Notes: generated from the sequence alone by a model not told the origin. A DNA stretch of 64,000 nucleotides from an uncultured Pseudomonadota bacterium (GCA_902795615.1 CADBLQ010000013.1:279-64278); one strand, 5' to 3'. Shown: positions 7,124 through 16,178, numbered from the stretch's first letter. Made by a program: numbers and translations.

Positions 7124-9705
7124 CTGACAATGCTACTAAACTTACTTGCAGATATACCTCCAATTTGTGCTAAATCCTTACGATTAGAAGGTTTAATATT
7201 CATATCTAATTTCTTACTTAAGAACTGTGTAATTTTATCCACAGACAGTTCATTCTGCAGAGATTTTGATACTAATACATATAAAACCATTATTCCATTT
7301 TTTGTTTTGTTTCCAATTATTAAACACGTCTTTTGTTCTGACATCTTAGTTTTATCAATTAATGATAGGATGTTTTTCTGTTCTGCAGAATTCAATAATA
7401 GATATTGCAATTCAATATTATTAATTATTTTTTTGTCTATTTTTGTGTCTAACATAAATAATTTAGATTTTAGGTCATTATTTTCTTTTAGCAAGTGTCG
7501 GATTTCTTGATTATGATTATCAATTACTTCAGATTGCTCAGTTATTTTTTTCTCTAATAACTTTTTTACGTACGTTCCTGTTACTGCTTCAATACGAAAC
7601 ATATTTGTACCAATTGATGCTATTGATGTTATTTTGAAGTCTCCAATGAAAGCAGTATTCAGAACATGTTCTCCACCGCACAGCTCAACTGATACCTTAT
7701 TTCCTATTGTCACAACTCGAACCATATCAGGATATTTTTCTCCAAATAAGGCTATTGCTCCCGAATTAACAGCTTCATCTTTCTTTAATATCTCAGTTGT
7801 TACAGGTAGGCAATCGTCAATCCAAGTTCTTAAAACGTCTTCAATTTTTGAAATATCATTTTTATTTATAGTCTCTTCACAATGGAAATCAAATCGTAGT
7901 TTTTCTGGCATAACTAGCGAACCATGTTGGAAAACACTTTCTCCAAATAGTTTTCTTAACGCACTTTGTAACAAGTGTGTCGCTGTATGATTTCTGGATA
8001 CTGATAACCGTCGTTTATAGTCAACATGCAGAGATACCATATCACCCTTATTCAATACCCCTTCATCTATATGGCATTTATGAACTATTACATTAGCTAT
8101 TTTGTACGTATCAGAAATAGTTGCTTTGCCATTATTCCAAGTTAATGTGCCAGTATCTCCTGTAGCTCCCCCACCTTTTGGATAAAACAACGTATCTTTT
8201 AATACTAAATAAATATCAGCACCAGCAAAAACTTCATCAACTATTAGTCCATCTTTTACTATAAACAAAACTTTTTGTTCGGCACTGTTATCACAATTTA
8301 AAAACTGGTAAATATGAGAACACTGGATATTATCCTGCTTCAGTTTTTCCGCTATATCAAACCACACTTTATCAGTAAAACTATCTCCTGTTCCAACCCA
8401 AACTCCTTTTGACCGTTCTTTTTGAGCTAAAACGTATTTCTCAAATTCTTCAGCATTAACTGTCTTATTTTGTGAACGTAATACATCTTGCGTTAAATCA
8501 AATGGAAACCCAAATGTATCATAAAGTTTGTACGCAACTTCAGCTGAGAATTCGGTTTTTGCTCCTAATTTATCTATCTCTTTAGATAATAATGCCATAC
8601 CATTATCAATGGTTTTCATAAATCCTACTTCTTCACTTTGTAGAATTTTTGATATTTTAGATGTACTATCCTTAAGTTCAGTGTAATGTTCACCCATTGT
8701 TGTAACAACCGAGTTAACCAATCTATAAAGGAAAGGCTCATGCATATTCAATGCATGACCATGCCTTAATGCTCGACGAATAATTCTACGTAATACATAC
8801 CCGCGGCCCTCATTGGACGGAATAATTCCATCGGCAATCATAAAAACTATTGCACGAATATGATCAGCAATAACATTGTTGTGAATTTCATTGCCCTCGT
8901 ATTTAACATTTGTAATATCTTGTATATCTCCGATCATTTTTTGAAATAAATCTATATGAAAATTATTGTGTACTCCTTGTAAAACTGCCGTTAGTCGTTC
9001 TAATCCTATTCCTGTATCAATTGACGGTTTAGGCAGTTTAATTCGTTCTCCACTTGCCAGTCTCTCGAACTGCATAAATACTAAATTCCAGATTTCAACA
9101 AATCTATCTCCATCTTCATTTTCCGAGCCTGGAATACCACCCGGAATATCTGAACCATGGTCGTAAAAAATTTCACTACAAGGTCCACAAGGACCTGTAT
9201 CGCCCATAGACCAAAAATTATCATCTGTTGGAATTCTAATAATTTTACTATCACTAAATCCAGTAACAGATTTCCATATTTCAGCTGCTTCCTCATCACT
9301 TGAATGAACAGTTACTAATAGACGATTAGGGTCTAATCCCAAACTACCTGTAATGAAATTCCATGCAAACGGAATAACTTCTTGCTTAAAATAGTCTCCA
9401 AACGAAAAATTCCCCAACATTTCAAAGAATGTATGATGTCGGGCTGTGTATCCGACATTTTCTAAATCGTTATGTTTACCACCTGCTCTTACGCATTTCT
9501 GAGACGTAGTAGCACGCTTAAATGGTAATACTTTTTTGCCAGTAAAAACATCCTTAAACTGTACCATTCCCGCATTAGTAAACAATAATGTCGGATCGTT
9601 TTCTGGTACTAAACTACTGGATGCTACTTCTGTATGTCCATGACTTTTGAAATAATCTAAAAATTCTCTTCGTATCGAAGATAGTGACGCTACCATAAAT
9701 TGCAA
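7096..9705 (-). CDS. alaS: alanine--tRNA ligase
   Basis: FTNAGMVQFK, HHTFFEMLGNFSFGDYFK and the editing-domain motif HTATHLL are present. 869 aa. An alternative start lies 3 codons in (MVASLSSIRREFLDYF). Confidence 0.95.
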   Translation of the reverse strand: MQFMVASLSSIRREFLDYFKSHGHTEVASSSLVPENDPTLLFTNAGMVQFKDVFTGKKVLPFKRATTSQKCVRAGGKHNDLENVGYTARHHTFFEMLGNFSFGDYFKQEVIPFAWNFITGSLGLDPNRLLVTVHSSDEEAAEIWKSVTGFSDSKIIRIPTDDNFWSMGDTGPCGPCSEIFYDHGSDIPGGIPGSENEDGDRFVEIWNLVFMQFERLASGERIKLPKPSIDTGIGLERLTAVLQGVHNNFHIDLFQKMIGDIQDITNVKYEGNEIHNNVIADHIRAIVFMIADGIIPSNEGRGYVLRRIIRRALRHGHALNMHEPFLYRLVNSVVTTMGEHYTELKDSTSKISKILQSEEVGFMKTIDNGMALLSKEIDKLGAKTEFSAEVAYKLYDTFGFPFDLTQDVLRSQNKTVNAEEFEKYVLAQKERSKGVWVGTGDSFTDKVWFDIAEKLKQDNIQCSHIYQFLNCDNSAEQKVLFIVKDGLIVDEVFAGADIYLVLKDTLFYPKGGGATGDTGTLTWNNGKATISDTYKIANVIVHKCHIDEGVLNKGDMVSLHVDYKRRLSVSRNHTATHLLQSALRKLFGESVFQHGSLVMPEKLRFDFHCEETINKNDISKIEDVLRTWIDDCLPVTTEILKKDEAVNSGAIALFGEKYPDMVRVVTIGNKVSVELCGGEHVLNTAFIGDFKITSIASIGTNMFRIEAVTGTYVKKLLEKKITEQSEVIDNHNQEIRHLLKENNDLKSKLFMLDTKIDKKIINNIELQYLLLNSAEQKNILSLIDKTKMSEQKTCLIIGNKTKNGIMVLYVLVSKSLQNELSVDKITQFLSKKLDMNIKPSNRKDLAQIGGISASKFSSIVSWAEEFLQS

Positions 9706-9943
9706 TTACTAAATCTTTCAGAGCCTATAATAGCATGAACTTCTAACCGTCATCTTACCAAAAACTCTATCTTAAATACTCATTTTTACACTGCCTAAGT
9801 GAACTCGGCGTAAAATGTTGATATATGACAGTAATACCATAAAACACCTACAGTTATAACTGAAGCACTTTTTTCGTACGAACCTTAGCTAACGCCGAGT
9901 TGCAACATATACTAATAAGTGAGGTTATAACGGTAGTATCTTT

Positions 9944-10696
9944 ATGAATATTGAAGATTTTTTGCCTAAAAATTTTAGGCAGTGGGAACGGAACATCTTA
10001 ACATACAACCATTCAATACTAGTTGCAAAAGTAGCAAAAAAGATTGCAAAGTTGTGTGGATTAGATGCAGAAATGGCATTTTTATGTGGCAAAATGCATG
10101 ATATAGGAAAATTTATAGGCATTCCAGGGGTTGATCCTCAAAAGTTTTATCAGCATCCACGAATAGGATATGAGCTACTAAAAAATATAAACATGCAAGT
10201 AGCCAAGGTTTGTATTGCACATTCATTCCCAATTAAAAGCGAAACCCATGTACAACATTTTTGCAATGGTGACGATGCAGAAGCAAGGGCAATATGGCAA
10301 ATACTGAGTAGTATTAAATATGATGATTACGTTGAATTAATTCAGTTATGCGATAAAATAAGTGGTCATGATAAATATGTTTCGATAGAACAAAAAATTG
10401 AATGGTATAAATCAAAGGGCAAAATTTCAATAAATGATTTGGAAATGTATTATAAAATACCTCTATTAAGAATAAAAGCAAAGTTTGAATGCAAAGCATC
10501 CGAACTCAAAGAGTTTGAACACAAAGTGTCCGAACACCCTGGGTTTGAACATGAAATGTCCGAACTCAAAGAGTTTGAATGCAAAGCATCCGAACCCAAG
10601 AGGTTTGAACACAAAGTGTCCGCTCCCAAAGGGAGGGAAACAAATGTTCCGAATCCTAAGGGGGTTGACCTATATAAAATCATTGGGATTGAGTGA
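9944..10696 (+). CDS. HD/HDIG-domain phosphohydrolase with a C-terminal 10-aa tandem-repeat tail
   Basis: H..HD signature (HSILVAKVA...CGKMHDIGKF). The C-terminus is five to six copies of FE[CH]K[AV]SE.K.. Confidence 0.7.
   Translation: MNIEDFLPKNFRQWERNILTYNHSILVAKVAKKIAKLCGLDAEMAFLCGKMHDIGKFIGIPGVDPQKFYQHPRIGYELLKNINMQVAKVCIAHSFPIKSETHVQHFCNGDDAEARAIWQILSSIKYDDYVELIQLCDKISGHDKYVSIEQKIEWYKSKGKISINDLEMYYKIPLLRIKAKFECKASELKEFEHKVSEHPGFEHEMSELKEFECKASEPKRFEHKVSAPKGRETNVPNPKGVDLYKIIGIE
10483..10662 (+). repeat. 30-bp tandem repeat, 5 good copies plus 1 degenerate copy, in-frame within the HD-domain gene
   Basis: Units start at 10483, 10513, 10543, 10573 and 10603 (gtttgaaYRcaaagYRtccgaaC...), with a decayed copy at 10633. 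Units 1 and 4 are near-identical, as are units 2 and 5, which suggests a higher-order duplication. Confidence 0.9.
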
Positions 10697-10804
10697 TTTA
10701 TAAACAATTCGGAGAGAACATAGAAAAAATTTTTTAGTAATTAGTAATATTTTAAGAAATGTTTTTCATCCTGTAGTTGAGCCATCCTATATGGAGCAGG
10801 CGGA

Positions 10805-11962
10805 ATGGGCAAATATATTAACTTGTTCAATAAGACGCACAATGAATTTGTACGTGTTATTCTTTTTGGAAAGACTGCAAAAGTCGTTCACTTTAAGACA
10901 GGATTATTAATTGGCATTCGGTGTTTCGATACCGATGAGCAAATAAAAACCGGTCAAAATGAACTACTAAAGTTACTTATTGGATTAAATTTACCTATAG
11001 AACTCGTAATGTTTCATAGATCGATGGCTTGTAAGTTGTTTTCAACGAAAGTATCCAATTCTAAGGAATTAAACAGTATAGCAATACACAATCTTAACAA
11101 TAGTCACCGCAACACGGTCTTTTACGGTAAGATAACTCAGTCGTACGTAAATCCAGATGTCTACTATTCCAGAGTTCACACATATGGAATATGCACATGT
11201 GACATATCGGATGACCTCACAAAACTCCTGTTAACTAACCCGTACGATCTTAAGATAATATCCATATCCGTGTTTCCTCTCTGGGTAACATCTGCATTTT
11301 GTAATCAGTACAAATGTAATGTAAAAACTCCGGTACTGTTTGTTATAGAATATTTAGGCTACTGGAATATTATATTAATGAATAATGGATATGTAGTATA
11401 TAATCGTAGTGGTCTTCTTGATGAAGAGCATAATGACTTAAAAGAACAAGAAGTATTTAATACAATAAGTCATATCAAAAATGTCATGAACATAGATATT
11501 AAGAACTTGATTATATACGAATTTGGAGATGACATCATCGATGCTATTTCATTTTATTCAACACTGCAGATGAAAGTAGCATCGAGTGAAATTAAGACAA
11601 AGCAGTGTTTAAAAAAAAATATTGCTAAAAGTGCCTGTTTAGGTTTTACAGGAATTATCTTTTCAGATACTTTAATAAATACATATAAAATTAATGAAAC
11701 ATTTAATCAAACAAATGAAATCCGAAATAATATAAAGTTAATCAATGACGGATTAGTAAAAGATATAAACGTATGGGACGAATTACAGTCTAAACAAATC
11801 CTAAATCAACCAAATTATAAGAAAGCTATTCAAAATTATATATCAAATAAAAAAGAAAAATTGCAGAATGTAACAATGTATTGGGATAATACATGTGAAA
11901 ATATCATTTGCGAATGCGTACAAGCTGATGTTAACGAGACGAAGAATGGTATATTACATTAA
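10805..11962 (+). CDS. hypothetical protein, possible highly divergent PilM/GspL-like actin-fold assembly protein
   Basis: 385-aa ORF with a GGAG RBS. The segment layout resembles PilM: an N-terminal beta-rich start, ICTCDISDDLTKLLLTNPYDLKIISISVFPLWVTS, VLFVIEYLGYWNIILMNNGYVVYNRS, and LIIYEFGDD. The nucleotide-binding motifs are degenerate. It is the first gene of a tight three-gene operon. Confidence 0.35.
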   Translation: MGKYINLFNKTHNEFVRVILFGKTAKVVHFKTGLLIGIRCFDTDEQIKTGQNELLKLLIGLNLPIELVMFHRSMACKLFSTKVSNSKELNSIAIHNLNNSHRNTVFYGKITQSYVNPDVYYSRVHTYGICTCDISDDLTKLLLTNPYDLKIISISVFPLWVTSAFCNQYKCNVKTPVLFVIEYLGYWNIILMNNGYVVYNRSGLLDEEHNDLKEQEVFNTISHIKNVMNIDIKNLIIYEFGDDIIDAISFYSTLQMKVASSEIKTKQCLKKNIAKSACLGFTGIIFSDTLINTYKINETFNQTNEIRNNIKLINDGLVKDINVWDELQSKQILNQPNYKKAIQNYISNKKEKLQNVTMYWDNTCENIICECVQADVNETKNGILH

Positions 11963-11970
11963 ATATAACT

Positions 11971-12543
11971 TTGAAAATTATGTACTCTAGTATAAATTTG
12001 GTTAAAAAAAATATAAAAGATAATCCGTCATTTGATATAAAAAAAAGTATAATCAGGTATTTTTGTACACTTGGTAAACTTTTAAAGCAGGTAAATTATA
12101 AATACATTATCGTTTTATTTATCCCAACAGGTTTGGACATTTTTAGTCGCCAAATTCATTACGATAGGTTATTAGAATTGCAGAACATGCAAAATATCTA
12201 TGATAAAATCAAACAATTACAAAAAAACAAATTGGTATACAAAAAATTACAGACTTCATCTGTGCAGTTCATAAAATATATAGAAACTGTATTTGAAAAT
12301 AAATATGCAAAAATTTTAGATATTAAAGTCGATGAGCCAGAGAATTTTAATAACTATCGAGAAACAAAAGTAGAAATAACAGGAGTGTTTATTCATGATA
12401 AGTTTATATTTGAAACATTGGATGAATTATATTCATACGAAGGTCTTATTTGTGTAAAAGGTATCAAAATAGGCAAACACCAGCTCCACAATGGTGTAAA
12501 TGTTTTAAATACAGTGATTGTATGCGAACTTTATACAAAATAG
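11971..12543 (+). CDS. hypothetical bitopic membrane protein, PilN/PilO (GspM)-like
   Basis: The start is TTG at 11971 or, more likely, ATG at 11980. N-terminal SINLVKKN resembles the PilN INLLP motif. This is followed by one hydrophobic segment (YKYIIVLFIPTGL), a coiled coil (LLELQNMQNIYDKIKQLQKNK), and then an alpha/beta C-terminal domain. Confidence 0.35.
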   Translation: MKIMYSSINLVKKNIKDNPSFDIKKSIIRYFCTLGKLLKQVNYKYIIVLFIPTGLDIFSRQIHYDRLLELQNMQNIYDKIKQLQKNKLVYKKLQTSSVQFIKYIETVFENKYAKILDIKVDEPENFNNYRETKVEITGVFIHDKFIFETLDELYSYEGLICVKGIKIGKHQLHNGVNVLNTVIVCELYTK

Positions 12544-12941
12544 TAATTATAACGACTGGTAGTTTACAGTTCATAACTCAGTATGCTACATGCAATGATA
12601 ACGTCAATACCCCAAATGGGGATATCCCTACCTCTTACTTTTTTTCAGATAAAGAAAGTAATGCAATTCTTTCACTATTAAATAAAAATAAGGATAAATG
12701 CCAAGATAAATCTTTAAAAACCAATAAGAAGACAGTTTATAAACTATCTGGTATTTTATTTGTAAATGCCCATAACTGGACGGTTTGGATAAATAACAAG
12801 CCGTACCATTCTATTGGGCAATACAATGATTTTTTCATTAATGCCGTTTCAAGCAATTCTGTTCTTATAACTTGCAAAGATGGCAATGAGATGAGGCTAC
12901 GTTTAGATACAGTAGACCAATCGATTGTAACAGGCTCATAG
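12522..12941 (+). CDS. hypothetical exported or lipoprotein-like protein, PilP / GspC-HR-like
   Basis: An ATG at 12522 gives MRTLYKIVIITTGSLQFITQYATC, a signal with a possible (atypical) lipobox. The beta-rich C-terminus KLSGILFVNAHNWTVWINNKPYHSIGQYNDFFINAVSSNSVLITCKDGNEMRLRL fits the PilP / GspC-HR pattern. It overlaps the preceding gene by 22 nt. Confidence 0.35.
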   Translation: MRTLYKIVIITTGSLQFITQYATCNDNVNTPNGDIPTSYFFSDKESNAILSLLNKNKDKCQDKSLKTNKKTVYKLSGILFVNAHNWTVWINNKPYHSIGQYNDFFINAVSSNSVLITCKDGNEMRLRLDTVDQSIVTGS

Positions 12942-12949
12942 TGTTCTAC

Positions 12950-13556
12950 TTATTCTTCACTTATTTCCTCTGATTCCGACGTCTCATCTGTATTACACTC
13001 ACAAGAATAATTACCAGATTCCCCAGACAAATAAGTACTATAGGAATCTTGTTCGGAGGATGAAACGGTATCGTAAAGCTTAATCATAAGAGGACGAATA
13101 TACGTTATACGCACAGTCACTTGCACTATTAATGTCAGGTTCTGATTGTGCTGATGCATTACCTATAATGGAAACCAATCCTTTTTGAGTTACCTGTGAA
13201 AAAATAAACGTTCCAACAGCACTAAAGAAGTTTTTAGCTTTTATTAGAAATTTACTTGCAAATTGTGCCTCAGAATAAATGCAGTAACGGTTTGCGTTAA
13301 CACAATCAACTTCGCCAGATGGAAGCCGTATGTACTCAAATGTTTGATTTTGGTTTGGTCTATACTCTGCTTCCGGACTGCTACCTACCGTAGATGCATG
13401 CTCAGAAGTATTGTTATTTTGGTTCATTGTCTCGTCTATGTTTAATATTGAAATATCACTGTCATAATCACAACCATTATCATTCGCAACTACTGGAATA
13501 ATAACTGTTCCTACCCCTATAAGGATGTTAATGCAAACTTTTTTTATAAAATTGCA
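12950..13556 (-). pseudogene. frameshifted gene for a small secreted acidic Ser-rich protein
   Basis: An ATG at about 13556 (MQFYKK) is separated by an A7 run from a signal-peptide-like frame (KKVCINILIGVGTVIIPVVANDNGC) that continues into the 115-aa ORF 13080..13427. A second frameshift near 13080-13090 joins it to the 69-aa ORF 12950..13159 (..SSSEQDSYSTYLSGESG..SESEEISEE). Confidence 0.55.
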
Positions 13557-13782
13557 TAAAGTTTTGTATTGAAACTATAAACATTACTAGGAAATTGTAT
13601 CAAATTTTTCTACTGATGCCATATGCAACCATAGGCAGTCAGATAAAACTTAACATACTAGAAATAGTGACCAGTGGTTGTGCAAGGCAACTGGAAACTA
13701 GAGCTATTTTGATAGCTTTACATGTCCAGCCTATCGGGTTACGCAATCTGAGTTAGACCAAACATACGTGGGCATGACTTTA

Positions 13783-15087
13783 TCATTGTAAGTCCACAAT
13801 GCTATACCTACAATGGCTTTTACGACCTATATTTCTTAATTCTGAAATTGCCCATACTAAAGCGTCTACTCTATCAGGTGATTTTATGTCCTTATTGAAT
13901 TTTCCGAGTGGTTCAAATTCATCATCATAGGACATATTGAGCATTTGTTCTTCGAGCTTACTAAATTGCTTGCAATGAAATACTCTGTTCGTTTCATACA
14001 AGATTGAAATTGGCTCTGCACGTGCTACCTTGCCTTTTACAGCATGAACTTTACGTATAGGTAAATTACTATCAATACTTCTTAAGTTTTCAGTAACTAA
14101 ATCACCACCATTATTTGTTTCTACAACAACACAACTAGCATTATAGTCAACACTTGCTCGTACAACCACCTTTGCCCATTCAGTACCAGTATATTTACCA
14201 CTTAAATCATCAATTACATATATTTTCCGATCTAAACCTAGCCCCGCCACAATAATACCTGTTTCATCAGAATTATTCGTGCTAGTTACAGCAGGGTCTA
14301 CACCAATTACTACATGGTCTGTAAGATTTATATCTATTTTATTATAACGAATATTTTCCAATTTCCACAATGGACGCTCTTTTTCAAAAAGAAGTTCTCC
14401 ATAAAGTTCTTGTCGACCTACACGTGTATCTTTGTATGTATTTTCCATTGTTGTTATAAATCGTTTTGAGAGATTTAAAGCATTTTCAAAAGTAGAGCCT
14501 GTAGTGTAAACTGTGTCTTTATTGTCAGCAATGTTTTTCAAAATTTTTAACGGTCTAGGTGTAGTAGTAATTATACATTTTGGGTCATCTCCTATACGTA
14601 AACAAAACAAAACTTGTTCCCATAGTTCAGTTGCATGTTTGAATTTTGCAAACTCGTCTATCCATACAAGGTCAAATTGAAACCCTCTAAGTGTATCAGG
14701 TCTATTACCTCCAAACACATAAACGATTGCACCATCATCAAATGTTATTTTGTTCTTTGTTCGTTTGTAAGATAAATTGGAATATTGAAAAGCAGTACTG
14801 GAAAATAAACCACTCATACCTTCTATCATTATTTGCATTGCTTCCTTGATTGTTTCTCCAATTACAGCAACACTTTTATATTTACCCGATTGTATTAATG
14901 ACATTACGTTTTCAGCACCAGTACGAGTTTTACCAAATCCGCGTCCTGCTAATATTAACCAAGTGAACCAATCACCTTTTGGTAAAAGTTGCTTATTTCG
15001 CGGACACCATATACTTGAAGTTTGTATATTGGTATGTCGAGTGTTTAACTGATAAGTATTATGAAATAATGTATACTGCTTTTCCAT
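13783..15087 (-). CDS. phage/GTA-type terminase large subunit
   Basis: Walker A in WLILAGRGFGKTRTGAENV, as in alphaproteobacterial GTA TerL. Walker B-like LVWIDEFAK. The C-terminal nuclease part contains VVIGVDPA and VVETNNGGD. No portal or capsid genes are adjacent. Confidence 0.8.
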   Translation of the reverse strand: MEKQYTLFHNTYQLNTRHTNIQTSSIWCPRNKQLLPKGDWFTWLILAGRGFGKTRTGAENVMSLIQSGKYKSVAVIGETIKEAMQIMIEGMSGLFSSTAFQYSNLSYKRTKNKITFDDGAIVYVFGGNRPDTLRGFQFDLVWIDEFAKFKHATELWEQVLFCLRIGDDPKCIITTTPRPLKILKNIADNKDTVYTTGSTFENALNLSKRFITTMENTYKDTRVGRQELYGELLFEKERPLWKLENIRYNKIDINLTDHVVIGVDPAVTSTNNSDETGIIVAGLGLDRKIYVIDDLSGKYTGTEWAKVVVRASVDYNASCVVVETNNGGDLVTENLRSIDSNLPIRKVHAVKGKVARAEPISILYETNRVFHCKQFSKLEEQMLNMSYDDEFEPLGKFNKDIKSPDRVDALVWAISELRNIGRKSHCRYSIVDLQ

Positions 15088-15428
15088 TTTTAAATAACAT
15101 ATAAAAATAGTTAAAATAATATGAAAATCTCAACTGAGTTAGATCTTAAACAATACAATCTACAAAAAAATGCTTTCAAAATATAACACGGAAGTTTTTC
15201 ATTATGAAAAGCACTTAAGTAAAAATAAATGCTTGCTGAAGCGTAGGGTCTTCGACAAACCCACTCCCCTGATTATTTTAGCATAACCCAAAACTTTAAA
15301 AGTTACGTTGCTATAAAGATTAAACTCAATATTGCTTGATAAAAATTTAAATGAATTTATTCCACTTAGGGATAAATAAACCTAATTTTGTACAGGTAAA
15401 AATGTGAAGATAGTCAAAAGTAGAATTA

Positions 15429-15453
15429 GGGAATGGATAGCAACGCCATTCCC
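15429..15453 (-). terminator. stem-loop downstream of pal (candidate terminator)
   Basis: GGGAATGG, a 9-nt loop, then CCATTCCC. It lies 46 nt beyond the pal stop. The U-tract on the minus strand is only weak. Confidence 0.45.
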
Positions 15454-15498
15454 TTGCTTGAAACCAAACTGACAAATCAGTTAGATTTTATACAAACT

Positions 15499-15990
15499 TT
15501 AGTTAATCTTAGTTTCCGTTCTCCGGTTTTGAGCATGTACGTTCTCTGCATTTCCTGGATTTGCAGGGTCTACAACAGCTACTGGTCTATCCTTACCATA
15601 AGAAATAGTGTCTACTCTATCAGCTGATACACCGTTCTTTGATAATTCATTCTTTACTGATTCAGCACGTCTTGCACCTAGTGCCATGTTGTATTCACTA
15701 GTACCGCGTTCGTCACAGTGTCCCTCAACAATAGCTTTTGTGTTTCGATATGTGTTTAGCCAACTTGCCTGAGCTTTTACATTTGCTTTTCCACTTTCAG
15801 TTACTTTTGCATCGTTAAATCTGAAGTAGATCTTCGAAGGAACATTTTGAGCAAAGTCTTCTGGGCTTCCCGGTTTCACTTTGTTGGTACTAACAGGAAC
15901 AGCATCCTTCACAGAACAAGTTTTGTTAGAACAGCCTGTAAGTCCTAGTGCTAATACAGCTCCAAGTCCTAGATAAAAATTCTTATTCAT
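15499..15990 (-). CDS. pal: peptidoglycan-associated lipoprotein (OmpA-like domain)
   Basis: Lipobox in MNKNFYLGLGAVLALGLTGC. The OmpA-like C-terminus contains NMALGARRAESV. The longer ORF extending to 16029 probably over-extends the gene. Confidence 0.85.
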   Translation of the reverse strand: MNKNFYLGLGAVLALGLTGCSNKTCSVKDAVPVSTNKVKPGSPEDFAQNVPSKIYFRFNDAKVTESGKANVKAQASWLNTYRNTKAIVEGHCDERGTSEYNMALGARRAESVKNELSKNGVSADRVDTISYGKDRPVAVVDPANPGNAENVHAQNRRTETKIN

Positions 15991-16178
15991 AATCACGTGA
16001 TTAGAATCTATAAATACCACACATACCATAATAACAAAAAAACCAATGGCAAACGCAAAAGTCCTTGGTATTACACGTCAGTCATCAGCAAAAATGTCGT
16101 AATGATGCTAAAAAGATACACACGGTTAAGGATAGGTGCTATCATAACAATGACAAAGAGAAAAATATAAAAAATAAT

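Noticed and set aside
10483-10662. Possible CRISPR array, suggested by regular 30-bp repeats.
   Set aside because: The repeat units are directly adjacent with no spacers. They are in-frame coding sequence, and no cas genes are nearby.
10450-10707. ORFs 10450..10707 (-) and 10485..10703 (+), which overlap the end of the HD-domain gene.
   Set aside because: They exist only because the 30-bp tandem repeat is stop-free in several frames. The frame continuous with the HD domain is the credible one.
13557-13782. Roughly 225-bp apparently non-coding stretch between the decayed gene and the terminase, checked for a small RNA. It contains the short hairpin AGCTAT-TTTG-ATAGCT and the CCAG..CTGG pairing.
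   Set aside because: I found no convincing extended secondary structure, promoter-terminator pair, or similarity to tmRNA, RNase P, SRP or 6S signatures that I can recognise by eye.
15246-15262. tRNA-like T-arm (gggtcttcgacaaaccc) near the terminase, considered as a possible tRNA gene or phage attachment remnant.
   Set aside because: It lacks the GTTCGAATC-type T-loop. I could not fold the flanking sequence into an acceptor stem or anticodon arm. It is treated as chance similarity.
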